From assembly GCA_038060895.1 (NCBI GenBank), contig JBBTCT010000022.1, positions 32,001 to 96,000 of the forward strand: a stretch of DNA of 64,000 nucleotides, in the 5' to 3' direction. Numbering within the stretch: the stretch's first letter is position 1; each line of letters opens with the position of its first letter. The DNA is from Planctomycetota bacterium (GTDB lineage: Bacteria > Planctomycetota > MHYJ01 > WSZJ01). Below are positions 51,270 through 60,948 of this stretch, piece by piece. The notes under the pieces were generated by a model, which ran no database searches, was not told where the DNA came from, and was given only the letters and a program-made list of their open reading frames with translations. The position numbers and the translations under genes were made by a program.

Positions 51270-52390
51270 TCGAATTCTCCCCGGAAGAAACCGAGTTCCG
51301 CGCTTCAGTTGCGCGCTTCGTGGACGCCGAGATCGTCCCGGCCGCCGCGGCGCTGGACGAGCGGCAGGAATTTCCGCGCGAGCTGTTTCTGCGCATCGGC
51401 CGGCTCGAGTATTTCGGCCTGCGGTACCCCGAGGCCGCGGGCGGCAGCGGCGCGGGGTTCGCGACGTACTGCATTCTCGCGGAAGAGCTGGCGCGCGGCT
51501 CGATGAGCGTCGCGGCGATGACGGCGATGCAGGCGATGATGGGGACGGACTTCCTGTTCCGCTTCGGCACGCCCGACCAGCACGAGCGGCTCTTCAAGCC
51601 CGCGCTGCGTGGGGAGAAGATCGGCGCGTTCTGCCTGACCGAACCGGACGCGGGGTCGGACCTCGCGAGGATCGCGACGACGGCGAAGGAGACGCCTGCG
51701 GGCTGGCGGCTCTCGGGGAGCAAGTTCTGGGTCACGAGCGGGACCGTCGCGGACTTCTTCACGGTCGCCGCTTCGGTCGACAGGACGAAAGGGCTCAAGG
51801 GGCTGAAGTTCTTCCTGGTCGAGCGCGGCGCGCCCGGGCTCGTCGTCGGGCGCAAAATAAAAACATTGGGCAACTGGGGGGGCGAGACGACCGAGCTGTC
51901 GCTCGACGACGCGCCCGCCGCGAAACTCGGCGACGCCGGTCTCGAAGATCTCGGCAAACTCCTCAACCAGATCCGCGTCATGACCGGCGCGCTGTCCCTC
52001 GGCCTCGCCCGCGCCGCGCTCGACGAAGCCACCCGTTACTCGAAGGAACGCATCTGCTTCGGCCAGCCGATCGCGAATTTCCAGGCTCTCCGCCACCTCA
52101 TCGCCCAGTCCTGGGCCGACCTCGAAACCTCCCGCCTCGCGGTTTACCAGGCCGCGCGCATGATCGAGCGCAACCAGAAGTGCGGCGCCCAGGCCGCCGC
52201 CGCGAAACTCGTGGCCTCCGAAATGGCCAACCGCGCTGCCGACACCGCCCTGCGCGTCCTCGGCGGCGCCGGATTCGCCATGGAGCACGCCGCGCAGCGG
52301 TATTATCGCGACGCGCGGTTCCTGCTCATCGGCGGCGGAACGTCCGAAATCCTCCGGAACGTCATTGCGAAAGAACTGCTCGGCGACTGA
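51266..52390 (+). CDS. acyl-CoA dehydrogenase (IaaF-like)
   Basis: FCLTEPDAGSD, GSKFWVT, R..FGQPI, YRDAR..IGGGTSEI. Confidence 0.93.
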   Translation: MIEFSPEETEFRASVARFVDAEIVPAAAALDERQEFPRELFLRIGRLEYFGLRYPEAAGGSGAGFATYCILAEELARGSMSVAAMTAMQAMMGTDFLFRFGTPDQHERLFKPALRGEKIGAFCLTEPDAGSDLARIATTAKETPAGWRLSGSKFWVTSGTVADFFTVAASVDRTKGLKGLKFFLVERGAPGLVVGRKIKTLGNWGGETTELSLDDAPAAKLGDAGLEDLGKLLNQIRVMTGALSLGLARAALDEATRYSKERICFGQPIANFQALRHLIAQSWADLETSRLAVYQAARMIERNQKCGAQAAAAKLVASEMANRAADTALRVLGGAGFAMEHAAQRYYRDARFLLIGGGTSEILRNVIAKELLGD

Positions 52391-52441
52391 AGCGCAGACA
52401 AGAGACTCGCCATTCCCGCCATCCCTGTTTCGAGGTTCACC

Positions 52442-53146
52442 ATGACGCCGGAAATCGCCGCTCTCAAGCCTGCCCCCGTCCAGGTTTTCGTCGTCCCTCC
52501 CATCCCACCGCCGCAGCGCCACCCGATGATCTTCGGCGCGTTCGAGAAACTCGCTCCCGGGGAATCGGTCGTGCTCGTCAACGACCACGACCCTCGCCCT
52601 CTCCACATGCAATTCCAGACCCGCTGCGCCGGTCGCTTCGAATGGCTCTACCTCGAGTCAGGTCCTTCGCGCTGGCAGGTCCGGATTCTGTGCACGGCGG
52701 CGGCGCCCGCCGGGGCCGCGCCAGCGCCGGCTCTCGCAGGAGGTTGCGGTGGCCATGGACCCGCGGCCCCGCCGGCGGCGCCGACCGTCTTTCGTCCCGC
52801 GGACCGCGCGCAATACCGGCCGGAGAAGTTCAACCCGCTCGTTCTCGCGCAGACGCCGCGCATGAAAGTCGTCCTGGCGTGCTTCGAGCCGGGCCAGTTC
52901 ATCCCCGTTCATTCACCCGGAATCGATCTGGCGCTCTATGTCATCGAGGGGCGCGGCACCTGCCAGGTCGGCCCTGAAGAACGCGCCGTCCAGGCGGGGG
53001 ACCTCGTCTGGGTGCCGGCGGGCGAGAAGCGCGGCATCCGCGCGGAGACCCGGATGTCGGTGCTGCACATGGTCGCTCCGCCGCCGACCGACGCGGACCA
53101 CTCCGAAGTGCACACGGGAATTGCCCGGGGGACCTGGAAGAGCTGA
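52442..53146 (+). CDS. DUF2249 plus cupin domain fusion protein
   Basis: RHPMIF..F..L.PGE...VNDHDPRPL; cupin motif FEPGQFIPVH. Confidence 0.82.
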   Translation: MTPEIAALKPAPVQVFVVPPIPPPQRHPMIFGAFEKLAPGESVVLVNDHDPRPLHMQFQTRCAGRFEWLYLESGPSRWQVRILCTAAAPAGAAPAPALAGGCGGHGPAAPPAAPTVFRPADRAQYRPEKFNPLVLAQTPRMKVVLACFEPGQFIPVHSPGIDLALYVIEGRGTCQVGPEERAVQAGDLVWVPAGEKRGIRAETRMSVLHMVAPPPTDADHSEVHTGIARGTWKS

Positions 53147-53320
53147 GCAAGCGAGGGGGGACGGAGGCCGCCGGATGCCGACGGCGAGTCCCGGCGACCC
53201 GTTCTCGAGCGGCCCTTCAGGGCGCCATGAAGAATGGGTGATGTTTTTCCCGATCCGGAAACCCGTACCGCTCCGCGCCTGTATGAGCGCGGTGGCGGAA
53301 TGAAAAACAAGGAACCTCAC

Positions 53321-54040
53321 ATGCGTGTTGCCGCTTCAGCTCTCCTTGTCCTGCTTCCCGTCACCCTGCTCGCCCAGGAGCCTCCCGCGCCTCCGTCCCA
53401 GAAGGAGGCCGACGCGCGCGTCGCCGCGCTGAAGGAGGCGTACAAGGGGGACTCCGACGCGGCGAAGAAAGAGGCGATCGCTGCGTGCGCCGACTGCCCG
53501 CACGCGACGGTCGCAGCCGCGCTTGCGCCGCTGCTGGTGTCCGGCGCCGACGAGCTTCGCATCGCCGTCGCCCAGGTCCTGGGGAAAATGGCGGGCTTCG
53601 CCGACGCCGCCAGGGCGCTTCACTCCGGCCTGAAACCCAACGAAAAGCAGGACAAAGTGCTGCGCGCCGTATTCGAAGGGATCGCCCGCGTCGGCCACGC
53701 CTCTTCGGTCGGCATTCTCGAAAAGTGGATCGACGACCGGCTCGACCTGCGCGACTCGGAAGAAGTGCCGGGCGTGATCCTGGCGTTCGACGTGCTGGGA
53801 TTCCTGAAGTTCAAGGCGAGCGTGGACGTCATCCTGGAGCTGTGCGACAAGAAGAAAGTCTCGGGCGAAGGGGCCGGGACCGGCGGCGGGTACAAGCTGA
53901 AATGCGGGAAACACGCGGAGGCCGCGCTCGTGCGCCTGACGGGGCAGGAAGCGTTCGGCGACGTGGAATTGTGGAGGGACTGGTGGAAGAAGCACGCCCG
54001 GGACTACAAGGACGACATGAGCCCGCGGGAAGGCAAGTAG
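53321..54040 (+). CDS. secreted HEAT-repeat-like protein
   Basis: signal peptide; helical repeats; LVRLTG..FG...W..WW tail. Confidence 0.7.
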   Translation: MRVAASALLVLLPVTLLAQEPPAPPSQKEADARVAALKEAYKGDSDAAKKEAIAACADCPHATVAAALAPLLVSGADELRIAVAQVLGKMAGFADAARALHSGLKPNEKQDKVLRAVFEGIARVGHASSVGILEKWIDDRLDLRDSEEVPGVILAFDVLGFLKFKASVDVILELCDKKKVSGEGAGTGGGYKLKCGKHAEAALVRLTGQEAFGDVELWRDWWKKHARDYKDDMSPREGK

Positions 54041-54087
54041 GGAGGATCTCCCGACTTGTTGCGGGCGGCGCGCGAAGAAGGGCCAGT

Positions 54088-54168
54088 CGGTAGGGGGTAG
54101 TTGGTAGGGGGTAGGTATGTCTCCTGCGACAGCGGTCGTTCCTACCCACTACCCCCTACCCCCTGCCG
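54088..54168. repeat. inverted arrays of heptamer repeats, (GGGTAGG)x4 and (CCTACCC)x4, between convergent genes
   Basis: read directly; imperfect units. Confidence 0.8.
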
Positions 54169-54171
54169 TTC

Positions 54172-54612
54172 CTACTTTGCAGCGAATAGCTTCGCCCCCA
54201 CGATCTCCACCAGGATCTCCGGCTGCGGACACGCGTGACCTTCGCCGGAACCGCTTCCTTCTCCGCCCTTGGCCGCTCCCATCACGCGCACCACGCCCTG
54301 CACCAGCACGCGCTGCCCGACGCAGTCTTTGGGGAAGAGGACTGAATCGTTGAGGCTCTTCGCGATCGTCTTTCCCTTCCCGTCATCGACTTCCACCCAG
54401 CAGCCACGGCCCTGGCAGACGCCACGGACGGTGCCCTCGATCTGAACTTGCTTGCCCTTGAGCGCCTCGTTGAGGTCTGCCACCGGAGTGACGGTCCCCC
54501 TGTCGAACTTCGCGCCGCCTTCCCAGGCCGCCGCAGAGGGGGTTTCTTCCGTGGTGCTGCAGGCCGCGAGGACAAGCGCCGCCAGGCAGGCCGTTGCCGT
54601 TTTCAGTCTCAT
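54172..54612 (-). CDS. DUF4920-like lipoprotein
   Basis: lipobox LAAC; VCQGRGCW; FPKD. Confidence 0.75.
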   Translation of the reverse strand: MRLKTATACLAALVLAACSTTEETPSAAAWEGGAKFDRGTVTPVADLNEALKGKQVQIEGTVRGVCQGRGCWVEVDDGKGKTIAKSLNDSVLFPKDCVGQRVLVQGVVRVMGAAKGGEGSGSGEGHACPQPEILVEIVGAKLFAAK

Positions 54613-56612
54613 TCGTTTCTCCTTTGGAGGGAATCGTTGCGGATCACCAGCGCGTCCACGCCTTTCAGGCTTTTCGCGGAAGCGATCACAGGGTTGGCGT
54701 CAACTTCGAGAACATCGGGGTGCCTCTTCATCCAGCGCGCGAGCGCTGCGATCGCCCTGGCGACTGCGGGGATCGCTTCGGGAAGCCGCGCGGCGAGGCG
54801 TGCGCCCGCTTTTGTTTCGGCGATCATCGAACGCGCTTCGGCCGCCGTGACCGCGCCGACGCGGAGGGCGACGTCGCGAGTCTGTTCGGTCCAGATGCCA
54901 CCGCTTCCGAACATCACGACCGGGCCGAACGTGGGGTCGCGGCGGGCGCCGATCAGCAATTCGTGGCCGCCCGGAGGGAGCATTTCCTGCACGACGGCTC
55001 CGGCGCCGAAGGCGCGCTCGAGTTTTTTCCACGCGGCGGCGAGGGTCTTTTCCGTGACGCCGAGGAACACGCCGCCGCGTCCCGACTTGTGGGGGCCGGC
55101 GTGAAGAGCCTTGAGGGCGACGGTGCCGCCGAAGCGGCGGAGGAGGCGTCGGGCTTCGGCGAGGGAGGAGGCGGTGGCCTGGCGGCACATGGGGATGCCG
55201 GCGTTTTCGAGGAGCTTTGCAGACTCGTACGGGTCGGCGGCGCGGCCCGCGGCGGGCGCGGCGGGTTCGGCAGGCTGGCTCGCGCCCCGGTTCAGGAGGG
55301 CGAACGCGCGGACGGCGCGCTCGGGCGTCGGGAACACGGGGATGCCGGCGTCGGTGAAGGCTTTCTGGATCAACGGAACGTCGAGCGTGAACGCGAGCAC
55401 GGGGACTTTTGCCTTCGCCTGCGCGAACGCGGCGCCGAACTGCAACCGGTCGAGGCCGACGTTGATGGCAAGCAGGGCGCCGATCTGCGGGTCCGAGGCG
55501 ACGGCCGCGACGGCGGCGGGGAAGCGTTCCGGGTCGCACTGGGGTGTCATGTCCACGGGATTGCGGAGCGCGCCGAACTCGGGGACGAGCGCCTTGAGAG
55601 CGGTCTGCGTCCCGGGCCCCAGCTCCGGCATCCAGACGCCCGCTTCTTCCGCCGCGTCGGCCGCCGCGACGCACGGGCCTCCCGAGATCGTCACGACCGC
55701 GAGCCCCTTCCCCACGGAAAGCCCTTTCGGATACGCGCTGTACGCCGCGAGGGCGTCGAAGAATTCGTCGGTGTCGCGGGCGACGACGGCGCCCGCCTGC
55801 CGCAAGGCGGCTCGGACGACGTCGCCATCGCCGGCCATGGAGCCGGTGTGGGACTGTGCGGCGCGCCGGCCCGCGACGGTGCGGCCCACCTTGAAGGCGA
55901 CGACGGCCTTCGTGCGGCAAAGGCGGCGGCAGGTTTCGAGAAAACGCGGGCCGTCCTTGATCTCTTCGACGAAAAGGCCGACGACCTCGGTGCGAGGGTC
56001 CGACTCGAGCCAGTCCATCACGTCGGCGTGGGTGATGTCGGCCTGGTTGCCGATGGAGGCGAAGACCGAGACGCCGATCGAGCGCCGGCGGAGTTCGCCG
56101 AAGAGGAGCCCGCCGTAGGCGCCGGACTGCGAGACGAACGCGAGGTTCCCCTCGCGACGCGGCAACTCCCAGAAGTAGGTCGCGTTGAGCCGGCCGGGGA
56201 GGTTGTAGACGCCCATGCAGTTCGGTCCGAGGAGGCGCAGGCCGGACTTGCGGACTTCTTCCTGAAGAGCCTTTCCGTCGCCGCCCATCTCCCCGAATCC
56301 GCTTGCGAGAATGACGGCCGCCTTCGAACCGCGCGCGGCGGCGTCGCGGATTGCGCCGGGCACGCAGCGGTTGGGTATGGAGAGGAGCACGAGGTCGGGC
56401 GCGACCGGGAGCGAGCGGACGTCGGGGAAGACGGTTCTTCCGAGAATCTCGCCGCCGGACGGGTTGACGGGGAAGACCTCTCCTTCGAAACCGTAGTCGA
56501 GCACGTTCTTCAACAGGACGTGCCCCAGCTTGGCCGGGTCTCGGGAAGCGCCGACCACCGCGATGGAGCGCGGGCGAAACAGCGGGTCCAGCGCGCGCGA
56601 GGGCGCGGTCAT
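54609..56612 (-). CDS. ADP-forming acyl-CoA synthetase (CoA-binding plus ATP-grasp fusion)
   Basis: PRSIAVVGAS, GPNCMG, SQSG, SHTGS, DPTFGP. Confidence 0.92.
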   Translation of the reverse strand: MTAPSRALDPLFRPRSIAVVGASRDPAKLGHVLLKNVLDYGFEGEVFPVNPSGGEILGRTVFPDVRSLPVAPDLVLLSIPNRCVPGAIRDAAARGSKAAVILASGFGEMGGDGKALQEEVRKSGLRLLGPNCMGVYNLPGRLNATYFWELPRREGNLAFVSQSGAYGGLLFGELRRRSIGVSVFASIGNQADITHADVMDWLESDPRTEVVGLFVEEIKDGPRFLETCRRLCRTKAVVAFKVGRTVAGRRAAQSHTGSMAGDGDVVRAALRQAGAVVARDTDEFFDALAAYSAYPKGLSVGKGLAVVTISGGPCVAAADAAEEAGVWMPELGPGTQTALKALVPEFGALRNPVDMTPQCDPERFPAAVAAVASDPQIGALLAINVGLDRLQFGAAFAQAKAKVPVLAFTLDVPLIQKAFTDAGIPVFPTPERAVRAFALLNRGASQPAEPAAPAAGRAADPYESAKLLENAGIPMCRQATASSLAEARRLLRRFGGTVALKALHAGPHKSGRGGVFLGVTEKTLAAAWKKLERAFGAGAVVQEMLPPGGHELLIGARRDPTFGPVVMFGSGGIWTEQTRDVALRVGAVTAAEARSMIAETKAGARLAARLPEAIPAVARAIAALARWMKRHPDVLEVDANPVIASAKSLKGVDALVIRNDSLQRRNE

Positions 56613-56679
56613 TGCCGGATGTGCCGTTGCGCTGCCCGTCACTTGCGCCTCCGTTCTGAAAGGAACGAAACTCTCGCTT

Positions 56680-57066
56680 TTACAGGACGGCAAACCCCTC
56701 GATTTCCACCTTCGCTCCCGCTTCCACAAACCCCGCGACCTGCAGGCACGTCATCGCGGGATAGTGCTTCCCCATGATCCGTTTGTACTCGGGGCCGAGC
56801 GACTTGAGCGACGCGTTGTACTCGTCCTTCGAGCCGATGAAGATCGCCAGCCGGACGATGTTCTCCGCCCGCCCGCCCGCGGCCTTCACGACGTCCACCA
56901 CATTCTGAAGCGCCTGCGCGAACTGTTTCACGAAGTCGTCGCCGACGAGTTTCGAATCCTTGTCCCATCCCACCTGACCGGCGACCGCGAGGAACGTTCC
57001 CGTCGCCTTGACGCCGTTGTTGTATCCGAGCGGTTTCGCCCAGCCGGGCGGATTAACGATTTCCAC
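56680..57066 (-). CDS. RidA/YjgF family enamine/imine deaminase
   Basis: PPGWAKPLGY, AGQVGWD, HYPAM, VEIE. Confidence 0.9.
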   Translation of the reverse strand: MEIVNPPGWAKPLGYNNGVKATGTFLAVAGQVGWDKDSKLVGDDFVKQFAQALQNVVDVVKAAGGRAENIVRLAIFIGSKDEYNASLKSLGPEYKRIMGKHYPAMTCLQVAGFVEAGAKVEIEGFAVL

Positions 57067-59251
57067 GAAGGGCTCTCCACACTCTTTCAGGGGTCATCGG
57101 GAACTCGCGCATCCGGACGCCCGTCGCGTCCGCGATCGCATTTGCAATCGCCGGCCCGATCGGGACGATCGGCGCCTCGCCGATGCCCTTCGCGCCGAAC
57201 GGCCCTTCGGGATCGTTGGTCTCGACGAGGACGGTCTCGATCTCGGGGATGTCGCGCAGTCCGGGCATGCGGTAGTCGAGGAAGAACCCGTTCTGCATCT
57301 TGCCGTCTTTGAGGACGCACTCTTCGAACAGGGCGTAGCCGAGGCCCTGGATCACGCCGCCTTCGACCTGCCCTTCGGCGTGCATCGGGTTAATCGCCTT
57401 CCCGATGTCGTGAGCCGCGACGATGCGCTTTACCACGACCTGCCCGGTCTCGGTGTCCACCTCGACCTCGACGCCGTGGCAGCCCCAGGTGTAGGCGGCG
57501 GAGACGTTGCCGTGGTTCGCCTTGTCGACCATCGTCGTGGGCGGGTCGTAGAAGACGCTCGCGACGATGAGGCGGCCTTTCTGGCGGAAGTGCTCGGCGC
57601 GGACGACCTTGTCGATCGACGCGTCGGCGGGGAGTTTCAGCGCCGCGCGGGCGTCCTCGATCTGCTTCTTTGCTTCCTTGGCCGCAAGCCGCACGGCGTT
57701 GCCGGCGATGAAAGTCGTGCGGGAGGCGTGGACGCCGACGTCCCAGAGGCGGATGTCCGTGTCGGCTTGCGTGGCGACCCGGACCATGGACACGGGGACG
57801 CCGATTTCGTCCGCGGCGATCTGGGCCATCGCGGTCTCCATCCCCTGGCCGATGTCCGTCGCGCCGACGATGACGACGACCTTGCCGAAATCGTCCACCT
57901 TGACGGTCGCGCCGCAACCGTCGCTCCGGTAGATGCGCGCGCCGCCGCCGACGTGGAACACCGCCGCAATGCCGATCCCGCGCCGCAGGTGCGGCAGCGC
58001 TGAAGCGGCCGGCCGTTTGAGGCGCGTCCTCACCGCCTCCAGGACTTCCTTGAACCCGCACGACGTGATCCGCCCGCCCGCCGGCGTCGTCTCCTCGGAG
58101 CGGTTCGCGTTTTTCAGCCGGAAATCGATCGGGTCGATGTGAAGCGCCTTCGCCAGTTCGTCCATCTGGGATTCCATGGCGAAGAGGAGTTCGGGATTGC
58201 CGAAGCCGCGGAACGCGCCGGTGGGCTGCGTGTTCGTGCAGACGGTCCGCGCCTTGTAACGCGCTGCGGGGCACTGGTAGAAGTTCCCGAAGGTGTTGAC
58301 CATGACGACCGGCGTCATGGCGCCCCACGAGACGTACGCGCCGCAGTCCACGAGGATGTCGGCGTCGCGGCCGAGCAGCGTGCCGTCGGCGGCCGCGGCC
58401 GTGCGCAGGCGGACGACGGTCCGCGGCCGGACCGGGTCGGTCTGGAAGTCCTCGTCACGCGAGAAGACGATCCGGACGGGCGTTCCGGTTTTCTTCGCGA
58501 GAAGCGCGACGATCGCCTCGTGCGGGTAGAGGTCGAGGCGCGCGCCGAACGCGCCGCCGATGCACGGCTGGACGAGCCGGATGTCCGCCGGAGAAATGTC
58601 GAGGGCTTCCGCGAGGTCGCGCTGGACGAGGAACGGGATCTGCGTCGGGTCGTGGAGCGTCAGACGGCCGTTCGCGTCCCACTCGGCGATCGCTCCGGCC
58701 GGCCCGAGGCACCCGTGCTGCTGCGCCGGCAGGATGAACGTCCCTTCGACGATCTTCGCCGCGTTCGAGAACGCTTCCTCGATCTTCCCGTGCTCGTAGT
58801 GGTGCGTCTGGACGAGGTTCGACCCGCGCGCTTCGTGCAGGACTGGCGCCCCCGGCTCCAGCGCCGCCTCCATCTCGTACACCGCCGGAAGCGGCTCGAT
58901 CAGCACCTTGATCCGCTCGCACGCCTCGATCGCCGCTTCGATGTCCGTCGCCGCGACCGCCGCGAGCTCGTCGCCGATCCGTCTCACGCGGTCGCCTTTC
59001 AGTGCCACCTGGTCCTTCGAGTACCCCCACACCTTCGCCGGGATGTCCTTCGCCGTCAGGATCGCCCGCACTCCCGGCACCTTCCACGCCTCCGTCACGT
59101 CAATCGACACGATCCGCCCGTGCGGCACCTTGCTCCGCAGGATCTTCGCCTCGAGCATCCCCGCCAGCCGCAGGTCCTGGACATACCGCGACTTGCCGGT
59201 CGCTTTGTCCGCCGCGTCAAGCTTGGGGACGCGTTGTCCGACGCTCTTCAC
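57053..59251 (-). CDS. xanthine dehydrogenase-family molybdenum subunit (candidate indoleacetate hydroxylase)
   Basis: GGAFG, AFRGFG, DIGQG, GQVEGG, AKGIGE. Confidence 0.92.
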   Translation of the reverse strand: MKSVGQRVPKLDAADKATGKSRYVQDLRLAGMLEAKILRSKVPHGRIVSIDVTEAWKVPGVRAILTAKDIPAKVWGYSKDQVALKGDRVRRIGDELAAVAATDIEAAIEACERIKVLIEPLPAVYEMEAALEPGAPVLHEARGSNLVQTHHYEHGKIEEAFSNAAKIVEGTFILPAQQHGCLGPAGAIAEWDANGRLTLHDPTQIPFLVQRDLAEALDISPADIRLVQPCIGGAFGARLDLYPHEAIVALLAKKTGTPVRIVFSRDEDFQTDPVRPRTVVRLRTAAAADGTLLGRDADILVDCGAYVSWGAMTPVVMVNTFGNFYQCPAARYKARTVCTNTQPTGAFRGFGNPELLFAMESQMDELAKALHIDPIDFRLKNANRSEETTPAGGRITSCGFKEVLEAVRTRLKRPAASALPHLRRGIGIAAVFHVGGGARIYRSDGCGATVKVDDFGKVVVIVGATDIGQGMETAMAQIAADEIGVPVSMVRVATQADTDIRLWDVGVHASRTTFIAGNAVRLAAKEAKKQIEDARAALKLPADASIDKVVRAEHFRQKGRLIVASVFYDPPTTMVDKANHGNVSAAYTWGCHGVEVEVDTETGQVVVKRIVAAHDIGKAINPMHAEGQVEGGVIQGLGYALFEECVLKDGKMQNGFFLDYRMPGLRDIPEIETVLVETNDPEGPFGAKGIGEAPIVPIGPAIANAIADATGVRMREFPMTPERVWRALRGNR

Positions 59252-59654
59252 GGATCGCCTCCTGGATCTTCTTGTACCCCGTGCACCGGCACAGGTTCCC
59301 CTCCGGCACGTCCTCCGTCTTCGCCGCGAGGATCATCCCCGGCGTGCAGAACCCGCACTGGATCGCCCCCTTCGCGATGAACGCCTCCTGCATCGGGTCG
59401 AGCTTTCCATTCTTCGCAAGGCCTTCGATCGTCGTGATGGAAGCGCCTTCCGCGTCCGGGGCGAGAACGAGGCACGAGACGAGCGGCTTGCCGTTCACGA
59501 GCACGGTGCACGCGCCGCAGTCTCCGGTCGAGCAGCCTTCGCGCACTCCGGCGAGCCCGAGGTCGTTGCGGAGGACCTCGAGCAGCGTCCGGTGCGGCTC
59601 GATCTCGAGCGCGACAATGTTCCCGTTCACCGTCATCGTGAGACTCCGCTTCAT
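59217..59654 (-). CDS. XDH-family 2Fe-2S subunit
   Basis: GCSTGDCGAC, QCGFCTPG, NLCRCTGY. Confidence 0.93.
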   Translation of the reverse strand: MKRSLTMTVNGNIVALEIEPHRTLLEVLRNDLGLAGVREGCSTGDCGACTVLVNGKPLVSCLVLAPDAEGASITTIEGLAKNGKLDPMQEAFIAKGAIQCGFCTPGMILAAKTEDVPEGNLCRCTGYKKIQEAIREERRTTRPQA

Positions 59655-60427
59655 GAGGCCACCCTTTCCAGCGCCCGCCTCACGAGCACGCGCACCATCT
59701 CCCGCCGGTATTCCGCTGAGGCCCGGATGTCGTCGATCGGCGAACAACGCCTCACGGCCTCTTCCACCGAGGGCGGCACCCGGATCGGAGTCGGGGAGAC
59801 CGCGCCAAGCGCGAGCCGCACGTCCTTGCCGACCGCGGCGCACGCGACGCTCACGAACGCGAGGTCCATCGCGCGGCGCGTGCAGAACTTGATGAAGCAG
59901 CCCCTGGCCGTCGCCGCGGGGATGCGGATTTCTTTCAGGATCTCGTCGGGTCCCAGCGCAGTCTTCCCGGGTCCCAGGAAGAACTCCCTGAGCGGGATCA
60001 GCCGCTCCCCCCGTGTCCCCCACACGTTCAGCGTCGCGTCGAGGCAGAGCAGGGGAGGCGCGAGGTCCGCCGCGGGGGATGCATTGCACAGATTGCCGCC
60101 CGCCGTCGACATCGCCCGGACCTGCGGCGATCCCATCTCGTGCACGGTCTCCACGAGCATCGGCCAGCGATTCGCCACGATTTCCGATGCCGCCAGCTCG
60201 TCGAGCGTCGTGAGCGGCCCTACGAACACGTGATCGCCGCGCTCCTCGACCCCGCGCAGCCCACCGATCCGCTTCAGGTTGATCACCCGGTCCACCGTCC
60301 ACTCGCGCCGCTTCAGCCGCACGAGCAGGTCCGTGCCGCCCGCCAGCAACCGGTTTCGCCCGGGGCGCGCCATCAGCGCCGAGGCCTCTTCCAGCGTGCG
60401 CGGCTCTTCGTAGTCGAACGCTCTCAT
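59651..60427 (-). CDS. XDH-family FAD subunit
   Basis: AGGTDL, GGNLCNASPAAD, DDIRASAEYR. Confidence 0.92.
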   Translation of the reverse strand: MRAFDYEEPRTLEEASALMARPGRNRLLAGGTDLLVRLKRREWTVDRVINLKRIGGLRGVEERGDHVFVGPLTTLDELAASEIVANRWPMLVETVHEMGSPQVRAMSTAGGNLCNASPAADLAPPLLCLDATLNVWGTRGERLIPLREFFLGPGKTALGPDEILKEIRIPAATARGCFIKFCTRRAMDLAFVSVACAAVGKDVRLALGAVSPTPIRVPPSVEEAVRRCSPIDDIRASAEYRREMVRVLVRRALERVAS

Positions 60428-60948
60428 GCCTTCTCCGCGCCTTTGAGGAACGCCTGCCGGTTCGCTTCGACCGCTTTCGGCGGCGAGAGCTTCTCGAGGG
60501 CGGCGAGCAGGGAAGCGCGCGCCGGGAAGGCGCCAGGCGCGGCGGTGGACGAGAAGCCGAGGAGTGCGATGTTCGCCGCGCGGGTGGCGTTCAGCTCCCG
60601 GGCGATCGCCGACGCGTCGAGCGACCGCGCGCCTTCGGCCGCCGTCGCGTTCACGAAGCACGCGCCGCCTTCGCGCAGGAACGACCGCGCGTCCGCCAGC
60701 CGGGTCACGTCGATCGCGACCGTCACATCGGCTTTCCCGCGGCGCACCAGCGGCCCCTCGAACCCGCCGATCTTCACATGCGACTCGACGGCGCCGCCGC
60801 GCTGGGACATCCCGTGCGTCTCGCTGACGATGGCGTCGCGTCCCTCCATCTCCGCCGCTTCCGCGAGGAGCCGAGTGACGAAGAGAATCCCCTGGCCGCC
60901 GAGGCCGAAGATGACGATCTGGGAACGCGTCGCGGCGGCGGCGATCAC
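60424..60948 (-). CDS. iorB: indolepyruvate:ferredoxin oxidoreductase beta subunit
   Basis: GLGGQG, SETHGMSQRGG. Confidence 0.88.
   Translation of the reverse strand: MIAAAATRSQIVIFGLGGQGILFVTRLLAEAAEMEGRDAIVSETHGMSQRGGAVESHVKIGGFEGPLVRRGKADVTVAIDVTRLADARSFLREGGACFVNATAAEGARSLDASAIARELNATRAANIALLGFSSTAAPGAFPARASLLAALEKLSPPKAVEANRQAFLKGAEKA

Noticed and set aside
57053-60427. 4-hydroxybenzoyl-CoA reductase (hcrABC)
   Set aside because: The FAD subunit lacks the Cys-rich 4Fe-4S insertion of HcrB, and the context fits a hydroxylase better.
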